Shown here one piece after another: positions 1 through 5,335 of a stretch of 6,590 nucleotides of DNA. The notes under the pieces are model-generated. The model was not told the DNA's origin. It was given only the letters and a program-made list of their open reading frames with translations, and ran no database searches. The position numbers were made by a program, and so were the translations under genes. This DNA is from Nanobdellota archaeon (lineage in GTDB: Archaea > Nanobdellota > Nanobdellia > Nanobdellales > Nanobdellaceae). The stretch lies in the NCBI GenBank assembly GCA_020697515.1, contig JAIXNB010000052.1, positions 1 to 6,590 on the forward strand. The letters are read 5' to 3'. The first letter of the stretch is position 1. Every line of letters begins with the position of its first letter.

Positions 1-1
1 T

Positions 2-217
2 AATATAGACGTAGCGCGTTTCAGTACCTCATTAAATAATATAATAACAGCTCTCGAGGGTGTGAAAAATGAGATAGATAAGATAAAGAAGATGGAAATA
101 CAAGAGGATAATATAGCAAATGCATTAAATACAATTTTGAATGAAGAAAGGGAAATAATAAAAAAGATAGAGAAGGAATTAGAAAGGATTGTAAATGTCT
201 ATCACGCACACCCCTAA
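2..217 (+). CDS. 3' end of a coiled-coil protein (partial; start lies upstream of the window)
   Basis: Not in the supplied ORF track because it has no start in the window. Frame 2 is open from the window edge for 71 codons and ends at TAA 215-217. The translation NIDVARFSTSLNNIITALEGVKNEIDKIKKMEIQEDNIANALNTILNEEREIIKKIEKELERIVNVYHAHP is K/E/I/N-rich and heptad-like, matching the other proteins here. The 66-aa minus ORF 21..221 (L/S/F/P-rich) looks like its antisense shadow. Confidence 0.55.
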   Translation, partial: NIDVARFSTSLNNIITALEGVKNEIDKIKKMEIQEDNIANALNTILNEEREIIKKIEKELERIVNVYHAHP

Positions 218-1374
218 CCAATTTTATTTTTTATTCCCAAACTTTCAGCATAATCATCCGGATCTAAAGTAATTATATATCCTTCAGATGTTTCTTCTAA
301 TCTATGTTTGGATCTACCAACCCTTTGTACTAATCTAGAAACTTGTCTAGGAGATGTATATTGTATTACCACGTCGACATGCCCTATATCTATCCCCAAC
401 TCTAAAGAGGATGTTGCAATTATTGCTTTAAGCTTTCCTTCCTTTAACAATTTCTCATTCCTCTCCCTAACTTCCCTAGACAAAGAACTATGATGTATTT
501 CTACAGGGAGATCGGGATATAATTTTTTAAATCTAGAAGTTAACAGCTCCGCCATTTCTCTAGTATTAACAAAAACTATTGCACTTCTAACAGAATTTAA
601 TATTTCTTTCATTTTTCTTAAAGACCAAACAATCTTTGGATGCCATCCTAATTGCTTAGCAAGTTTTTCATCATCTTTATTTATATCATGAGGATAAATA
701 ACCTCAATTTTATACTTTTTCTTTTCATACCATTTGATTACACTATACTCCCTATTGCCAAAAATGAATTTAGCGGCTAAATCCACATCACCAATTGTAG
801 CAGAAAGCGCTATTCTTTGAAACTCTCCAGCAAAGTTAACAAGCCTTTCCAGGCCTAAAGACAGTTGCACACCTCGCTTATCATCCAACAATTCATGCAG
901 TTCGTCTATTATAACAAATCTTACAGCTTTTAGATGTTCTTTTATTCTTTTTCCCATAAACAGAACTTGGAGGGTCTCTGGAGTAGTTATCAGAAACTCT
1001 GGTGGTATTTTACTTTGTTTGATCCTTTCAGATTTAGGAGTATCCCCATGCCTTACTGCGATTGATATATTTAAATTTTCACACCACCAATATAATCTAC
1101 TCAAAAGATCTCTATTTAGTGCCCTTAGGGGGGTGATATAAAGAGTAAGAATTCCTTTAGAGTCTGTATTTTCCTTTATTTCAAGTATTCTATTAAGTAC
1201 TGGAATCACTGCGCTTTCTGTTTTTCCAGCCCCTGTAGGAGCTACAATCAAAGTATTTTTACCTTTTACAATCTCTGGAATAGTTAATCTTTGTAATTCA
1301 TTAAAACTCCTAAATTTAGAATAGAATAATTTCAGAATTTCTGTTCGTAACAACATACACATTTCTTTATTCAT
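214..1374 (-). CDS. lhr: Lhr-type (COG1201-like) DEXH-box ATP-dependent helicase, RecA1+RecA2 core only (386 aa)
   Basis: Superfamily 2 (SF2) helicase motifs in order: I APTGAGKT, Ia TPLRALNRD, Ib TTPE, II DELH, III SAT, V ATSSLELGIDIG, VI QRVGRSKH. HHSSLSREVR and ATSSLELGID are Lhr-typical strings. The ORF ends at TAG 214-216, about 30 aa after motif VI, so the winged-helix domain and domain 4 of Lhr-core are absent. Confidence 0.85.
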   Translation of the reverse strand: MNKEMCMLLRTEILKLFYSKFRSFNELQRLTIPEIVKGKNTLIVAPTGAGKTESAVIPVLNRILEIKENTDSKGILTLYITPLRALNRDLLSRLYWWCENLNISIAVRHGDTPKSERIKQSKIPPEFLITTPETLQVLFMGKRIKEHLKAVRFVIIDELHELLDDKRGVQLSLGLERLVNFAGEFQRIALSATIGDVDLAAKFIFGNREYSVIKWYEKKKYKIEVIYPHDINKDDEKLAKQLGWHPKIVWSLRKMKEILNSVRSAIVFVNTREMAELLTSRFKKLYPDLPVEIHHSSLSREVRERNEKLLKEGKLKAIIATSSLELGIDIGHVDVVIQYTSPRQVSRLVQRVGRSKHRLEETSEGYIITLDPDDYAESLGIKNKIG

Positions 1375-1398
1375 TATAAAAAATCTTTTGATTCGGTG

Positions 1399-1405
1399 TT
1401 AAAAA
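1399..1405. promoter_or_regulatory. Candidate shared TATA-like A/T box (TTAAAAA / TTTTTAA)
   Basis: Centre at about 1402. That is about 28 nt from the helicase ATG (1374, minus strand) and about 28 nt from the C box start of the candidate sRNA (1430, plus strand). This spacing fits an archaeal TATA box for leaderless or 5'-end-defined transcripts in both directions. Confidence 0.35.
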
Positions 1406-1429
1406 CCTTGAGAGTCAAATAATCCTTAT

Positions 1430-1481
1430 ATGATGAACGTTTCCTGGACTGGAATTAATGATGAATGATCGGCGTCGCTGA
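1430..1481 (+). ncRNA. Candidate archaeal C/D box sRNA (2'-O-methylation guide)
   Basis: C box ATGATGA 1430-1436; 12-nt spacer ACGTTTCCTGGA 1437-1448; degenerate D' CTGG 1449-1452; loop AATTA 1453-1457; C' ATGATGA 1458-1464; 13-nt spacer ATGATCGGCGTCG 1465-1477; D box CTGA 1478-1481. Total 52 nt, the canonical archaeal architecture. It lies in a 304-nt non-coding gap with locally raised GC. Weak points: D' is not CTGA, one spacer is 13 nt rather than 12, and the terminal stem is only about 2 bp. Confidence 0.5.
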
Positions 1482-1678
1482 TACGCTAGAGCTAATTAAA
1501 TTTAGTGAAGATCCTGTCTTCCTCTGCCCTAAAGGGAAGGAGTTCCAAATAGAGTGGAGAAATTTATAGCTATATTCTTTTCGTTCGATCCAGGATAAGT
1601 TTCTGATCTATCAATCATAATCTAGTATATATTAACTTTATAACAAATCTATATTCCGTTATTTCTTAAAATTCCAAA

Positions 1679-2332
1679 TTAAAGAAGTAGTGTCCCATCT
1701 AATGCTAATACATTATAGGAATCTATATCTTTTGTTAATGGTCCATGGAATTTGCCAACCTCCCAGAAACCAACAAGGTTTGAAAATGCTGGTAGGATAA
1801 GAAAATCGTACTCTCCAGTTTCCCCATATACAAATACCTTCTCATAGAAACTCTCTCCAATAGAAGATTTTATATTTATAGCAAAATGATGATGTCCTAA
1901 TATATATAACTTTCCTTTAAGTCTCGGGCGGGTGTGTCCATGAAGAAAAACTACTTTACCTACTCTAAACTCTCTAACTATTATTATATTTGGATTATCA
2001 TTTAGTTTCTCTAAAGATCCATCATGATTTCCCTTTGTAATTACTATTTTTTTAAATATGTTAGAGAGTTTCTGCAATAGCATGGGGACCTCCTTTAACT
2101 CAATATAGCTAACTCTTGGTACATTATGCTTAAAATCTCCAGTGATTATCAATTTACTAACATTATATCTCGCTTTTAGTTGCTTTATTCTGCTATATAT
2201 GCTCTGTGTCTGCGCTGGGATATTAATCCCTTTTTGTAGAAGCTCTTTTTCTATTCCAATATGCAAATCTGAAATAACTAGATATTGTTTTTTAAATATG
2301 ATTGCTTCAGTATTTGTAAAATCTATAAACAA
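1679..2332 (-). CDS. Calcineurin-like metallophosphoesterase, COG1407 / ligase-associated PdeM-like (217 aa)
   Basis: Full metallophosphoesterase (MPE) motif set: DLHIG (DxH), GDFKH (GD), GNHD (GNH[DE]), LHGH, GHHH. The size, about 220 aa, is typical of the small MPE genes linked to Lhr helicases. There is no in-frame ATG before the DxH motif. The only plausible start is TTG 2330-2332, directly abutting the upstream TAG stop. Confidence 0.85.
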   Translation of the reverse strand: MFIDFTNTEAIIFKKQYLVISDLHIGIEKELLQKGINIPAQTQSIYSRIKQLKARYNVSKLIITGDFKHNVPRVSYIELKEVPMLLQKLSNIFKKIVITKGNHDGSLEKLNDNPNIIIVREFRVGKVVFLHGHTRPRLKGKLYILGHHHFAINIKSSIGESFYEKVFVYGETGEYDFLILPAFSNLVGFWEVGKFHGPLTKDIDSYNVLALDGTLLL

Positions 2333-2692
2333 CTAAGAAGATCTGAAAAATTCAAAAAGAAACTTACGGATTTGGTTTATATCTTTGGCAGATTTTATTT
2401 TTTCTTGTAATTCCTTTAACTGCTCAAAGTCTTCTACTAAGAATACAGCATCTCCTATAATTTGTCCAGGTAACCCTTTTCTAAAAACAACTCTAACATT
2501 TCCATTACTCCCATGAGGTGTTGCAACTCTACCAATAAAGAATTTTTTCTTACCAGGGCTAACCCACAAAACCTTTTTACCTATCAGTTTGCTAGCTTCC
2601 CCTCGAGAACTTATATTTTCGAAATGAACAATGATTTGATTATTCCTAATAATGTGTCTACCTCTTCTATAGTTAACTACAACACCAATCAT
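2333..2692 (-). CDS. rpl35ae: Ribosomal protein L35Ae (eL33) with a 33-aa C-terminal extension
   Basis: VVNYRRG..., EASKLIGKKVLW, HGSNGNVRVVFRKGLPGQIIGD closely follow the archaeal L35Ae pattern (YRR, EA.KLIG, HG..G.VRA.F.KGLPGQ.LGD). Archaeal homologues, as I recall them, end about 9 aa after GLPGQ. This ORF continues for another 33 aa (E87-S119). Confidence 0.9.
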   Translation of the reverse strand: MIGVVVNYRRGRHIIRNNQIIVHFENISSRGEASKLIGKKVLWVSPGKKKFFIGRVATPHGSNGNVRVVFRKGLPGQIIGDAVFLVEDFEQLKELQEKIKSAKDINQIRKFLFEFFRSS

Positions 2693-2710
2693 AATTTTGT
2701 TGTTTAGAAA

Positions 2711-2722
2711 TAAATTTAAAAA
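2711..2722 (-). promoter_or_regulatory. Candidate TATA box for rpl35ae (TTTTTAAATTTA on minus strand)
   Basis: Lies at -19 to -30 relative to the ATG at 2692, consistent with a leaderless transcript. Confidence 0.4.
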
Positions 2723-3014
2723 TCAAATGTTATTATTGGATCTTTTGATGTAGATGTTTTCCTAGATGCCCTTTTTAAATTACTAAACTACTGTTCATTC
2801 CGGTTTTTAGCTTTTGTATTATCCTCTCTATTATTCTTTGTTAGGGTTTACAACTGAAAGCCTCGTCCTTTAGAGCAGGTATAAAAAAGATCTAAGTATC
2901 TTAGTGAGTTAGGGGTAACAATTAGAGTATTTCTGACAAATCCGATGTTGTTAACCGAGCCGATAAAATATTTAGGTCAGAGAAGAGGTCATCTAAAAAT
3001 AAATGTATAATAAG

Positions 3015-4745
3015 CTATTTAATTATTTGGAAATCTCCGAATATTCTCTCTAATGCATTTATTAACTTTTTATCAATAATATTTTTACCTTTATGATTAA
3101 TCTCTTTTAAAATTATTTCCTCAAATTTATCTCTGGGGAAACTATCTAACTTTTCACCAAGGTAATTATATTTATCTATTTTCTCCCCAATTACAAATAT
3201 ATAATCCTCCGTAGGATACACATCGTATTTCTTACCAGCGCTTACTATCTCTATGCTGTATTTAGAAACTAACTCAGACTTTTTACCTTCAACTAAGTAT
3301 CTTAAGAACCGATTCATGTTAATTATATTATTTTTCAGTCTATTCACATCTACTACATCCAATTTTTGGTCTCTATACAGTTTTATATCATTTATTAGTT
3401 TGTTCAATAACTGCAATTCTGTAGGAAACTTTTTTCTGAATATATCTTCTATAGAGCTTCCATAAAGGTCCTCTAGCTGTGCTTTAAGACTATAAAATTC
3501 TTGGATATAATATGATATTTCTTCTTTTTCCTTCTCAGCATCAATCTGTGTTTTTAATCTTTTCATCCTGCTAATAAATTCCTTTGCTATATTTAACCAC
3601 TCCTCAACTTCTTTTCCAGTTACTGTTTCCTTTCTTTTATGCTCTATATCCTTTCTAATTTTCACGATTTCTTCCAATTTTTTAGCATACTTTTCTTCTA
3701 GCAGTTTTTTATTTTCAACAAATATTTTCTTTAGCAATACTGAGGTTTCTTTTGGATCAGGAGGAAGCAATCCATAATCCATTAATGCAGCTTGTGCTGC
3801 AGTTACCATAGATAGGGCGACATCCTCCATTAATATTGTTCTTAATTTATTTTCTGCTTCCCTTATAGTATTCTCGGCCATATTCAAGTATATTTCAGCA
3901 GCTTCTCTCGACGGTTTTATAATACCTTTGATTAAAAGTTGTTTCCATGCTATAAATGTCCCTCTATCATATAAAGCTAATCCGTCTCTCAGGAAAGTGA
4001 TTATTACTGGATTTGCTTCAGACATTGCCAGCCAAAACTCCGTTAGTGTATAAACCTGAGGATGCAATATTTTTTTAGACTGGGTTATCATCATTGCTTT
4101 CATGGCTTCTTGAGTTACTATAGAGTATAATTTTTGCTTAAGTTCTACAAAAGTATGTAATTTTACATCAGTGTCATCTATAACAACGTATACATCCACA
4201 TCCGAGCTCTCAGTAGCCTTACCTTTTATATAAGATCCTGCTAATACATAAGCAACTACATATTTTTGGAATATTTCTAGTACTAAACCTTTATGTACTA
4301 GAGCCAACTTGAATATTTCATATAAACCTTTATCATGGTGTACCTTCGCTTTTAAAAAGATATCGAATAACTCAAACTTAGAGTCCATCGATATTTGTTT
4401 TATGTCATCTAAAAGCAAAATATGTAACCATATATCTCGATTTTTTTGTTTTATGATTTCGAGCAACTCTTGATAAGCTGTTGCTTTTAGTTTTAATTTA
4501 TCCTGAGGTTTCTCAAGATCGAAATCAGATAAGACAATTACATAATGTCGATAATTCTCTAATTTTTCCTTAAATTGTTGCTTTAGTTCCTCTAGATTGA
4601 TTTCTGGTAAAGTCGAATATGTTAATAATGCATCTACGACTGATGCAAAGTCTTTATCGAGCTTAGGTGGTTGGAACTCTATGATGAATTGTACTTTGTT
4701 TTTAATTTTACTATTTAAAACCTCTTCCACAAAAGTTTCCCCCAT
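3015..4745 (-). CDS. 576-aa multidomain protein: unknown N-terminal region + Pol-beta-type minimal NTase + HEPN-like helical domain (Rx4H) + coiled coil + unknown C-terminal domain
   Basis: Long uninterrupted ORF with composition like its neighbours. NTase signature GSYIKGKATESSDVD (aa 170-184). Helical domain at aa ~278-398 with RKDIEH (aa 364-369). No motif recognised in aa 1-140 or aa 400-576. Confidence 0.8.
   Translation of the reverse strand: MGETFVEEVLNSKIKNKVQFIIEFQPPKLDKDFASVVDALLTYSTLPEINLEELKQQFKEKLENYRHYVIVLSDFDLEKPQDKLKLKATAYQELLEIIKQKNRDIWLHILLLDDIKQISMDSKFELFDIFLKAKVHHDKGLYEIFKLALVHKGLVLEIFQKYVVAYVLAGSYIKGKATESSDVDVYVVIDDTDVKLHTFVELKQKLYSIVTQEAMKAMMITQSKKILHPQVYTLTEFWLAMSEANPVIITFLRDGLALYDRGTFIAWKQLLIKGIIKPSREAAEIYLNMAENTIREAENKLRTILMEDVALSMVTAAQAALMDYGLLPPDPKETSVLLKKIFVENKKLLEEKYAKKLEEIVKIRKDIEHKRKETVTGKEVEEWLNIAKEFISRMKRLKTQIDAEKEKEEISYYIQEFYSLKAQLEDLYGSSIEDIFRKKFPTELQLLNKLINDIKLYRDQKLDVVDVNRLKNNIINMNRFLRYLVEGKKSELVSKYSIEIVSAGKKYDVYPTEDYIFVIGEKIDKYNYLGEKLDSFPRDKFEEIILKEINHKGKNIIDKKLINALERIFGDFQIIK
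3552..3914 (-). other. HEPN-like four-helix domain of the 576-aa protein, aa ~278-398
   Basis: All-helical segments: REAAEIYLNMAENTIREAENKL / DVALSMVTAAQAALMDYG / LLKKIFVENKKLLEEKYAKKLEEIVKIRKDIEH / GKEVEEWLNIAKEFISRMKRL. R364-x4-H369 (nt 3639-3656, verified) matches the HEPN Rx4-6H signature. Placement directly after an NTase domain is the usual NTase/HEPN pairing. Confidence 0.5.
3921..4313 (-). other. Minimal nucleotidyltransferase (Pol-beta superfamily) domain of the 576-aa protein, aa ~145-275
   Basis: hG[GS]-x10-D-x-D motif: G170 S171 ... D182 V D184 (nt 4194-4238, verified by back-translation). It is followed by VYVVIDD and a later acidic strand (TLTEF). Domain boundaries are approximate. 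Confidence 0.7.
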
Positions 4746-4762
4746 TTATTTGTTTGAAACAA

Positions 4763-4775
4763 TAATATTTATATT
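4763..4775 (-). promoter_or_regulatory. Possible internal TATA-like box (AATATAAATATTA on minus strand) for the 576-aa gene
   Basis: Lies at -18 to -30 relative to the ATG at 4745 and overlaps the HIT stop codon (4769-4771). No Shine-Dalgarno-like purine run is visible in the 23-nt gap. The gene may therefore have its own leaderless promoter, or be co-transcribed with HIT. Confidence 0.3.
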
Positions 4776-5335
4776 TTCCTAAGAAACCATATGAGCATTT
4801 TGCTATAGTCCTTCTCTTTATCTTTATGATTCCTGTTTGTTTTTTTATCTTTAGAAAAGACTTCTGTTTTTGTAGGGTCCTTATTAATATGAATATTCTC
4901 TGTATAATTCCTATTAGTATTATATTTATTTAGGGCTGATACTATTGCGTTTTGGATTTGCTGAAACACCTGCGGATTTAATTGCTTTCTTGACCATTCA
5001 AAGTGTATACTATCTTCTTTATATCTTGGAATAATATGGAGTACTATGTGCGGGGTTTTCTGCCCTGCATATTTTCCAGATGCTAAATACAGATTAATAC
5101 CGTCAGCATTCAAAGTACTTGTAAGGACTGAAGATATATATTTTGCTAGGACAAACATTTTGCCAATAATGTTATCCGGAATATCCTCAAATCTTGAAAA
5201 ATGATTTTTTGGGAAAACCAATATATGTCCAGGGTTTGCTGGGTAGAGGTCTAAAACAGCAATAATATCATTATCTTCAAATATTATAAAAGAGGCTAAT
5301 TGTTTGCTAGCAATTTTGCAAAATACGCACTCCAT
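4769..5335 (-). CDS. HIT (histidine triad) superfamily protein, Hint-like, with atypical triad and a Lys-rich C-terminal tail (188 aa)
   Basis: N-terminal CVFCKI (CxxC zinc motif of Hint-type HITs), DLYPANPGHILVFPK (compare D..P.ap.H.LviPK), and GQKTPHIVLHIIPR at the position of GQ.V.H.H.H.IPR. The core is about 135 aa, followed by a roughly 50-aa N/K/D-rich tail. Confidence 0.85.
   Translation of the reverse strand: MECVFCKIASKQLASFIIFEDNDIIAVLDLYPANPGHILVFPKNHFSRFEDIPDNIIGKMFVLAKYISSVLTSTLNADGINLYLASGKYAGQKTPHIVLHIIPRYKEDSIHFEWSRKQLNPQVFQQIQNAIVSALNKYNTNRNYTENIHINKDPTKTEVFSKDKKTNRNHKDKEKDYSKMLIWFLRKI

Noticed and set aside
21-221. 66-aa minus-strand ORF from the track
   Set aside because: Low-complexity L/S/F/P/Y-rich sequence with no motif. 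It lies exactly antisense to a K/E-rich open plus-strand frame (2-217) that better matches local protein composition, and it overlaps the helicase stop. It is treated as a shadow ORF. It also does not resemble the missing Lhr winged-helix domain or domain 4, so it is not a frameshifted continuation.
308-493. 61-aa plus-strand ORF inside the helicase gene
   Set aside because: Entirely antisense to a motif-supported helicase CDS, with no recognisable motif. Shadow ORF.
1518-1539. Hairpin CTTCC(T)-10nt-(G)GGAAG in the MPE-Lhr gap
   Set aside because: Only 5-6 bp with a large loop, and no adjacent oligo-T or box motifs. Insufficient to call a terminator or an RNA gene, though it contributes to the locally raised GC of this gap.
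1583-1591. GTTCGATCC, a tRNA T-loop-like string, raising the idea of a tRNA or split-tRNA half
   Set aside because: The flanking 5-nt arms (TTTCG / CAGGA) do not form a T stem, giving 2 Watson-Crick pairs, 2 wobbles and 1 mismatch. There is no acceptor, D or anticodon arm nearby, and the AT-rich context is unlike a thermophile tRNA.
2333-2335. TAG reassigned as a sense codon (for example pyrrolysine-type recoding), which would explain the in-frame L35Ae-TAG-MPE arrangement
   Set aside because: TAG also terminates the helicase (214-216) and the 576-aa ORF (3015-3017), and reading past the helicase TAG hits TAA after 11 codons. TAA (HIT gene, MPE gene, edge ORF) and TGA (exchanger) are used as stops too. 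Nothing in the window requires a non-standard code. Readthrough is kept only as a low-probability alternative.
2142-2336. 64-aa plus-strand ORF inside the phosphoesterase gene
   Set aside because: Antisense to a CDS carrying all metallophosphoesterase motifs; hydrophobic, low-complexity translation. Shadow ORF.
2513-2707. 64-aa plus-strand ORF overlapping rpl35ae
   Set aside because: Antisense to the strongly supported L35Ae CDS. Shadow ORF.
2977-2994. Minus-strand AGATGA-8nt-CTGA, a C/D-like pair
   Set aside because: The spacer is only 8 nt (about 12 expected), the C box is imperfect, and there is no second box pair.
2945-3010. 21-aa plus-strand ORF (MLLTEPIKYLGQRRGHLKINV)
   Set aside because: Too short, with no promoter-like box at the right distance and no recognisable motif. 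It cannot be supported from sequence alone.
3253-3465. 70-aa plus-strand ORF inside the 576-aa gene
   Set aside because: Antisense to a long, uninterrupted ORF. The F/S/L-rich composition is typical of reading K/E-rich codons backwards.
4597-4782. 61-aa plus-strand ORF spanning the 576-aa gene start and the HIT gene end
   Set aside because: Antisense to two supported CDSs and the junction between them, with no motif. Shadow ORF.
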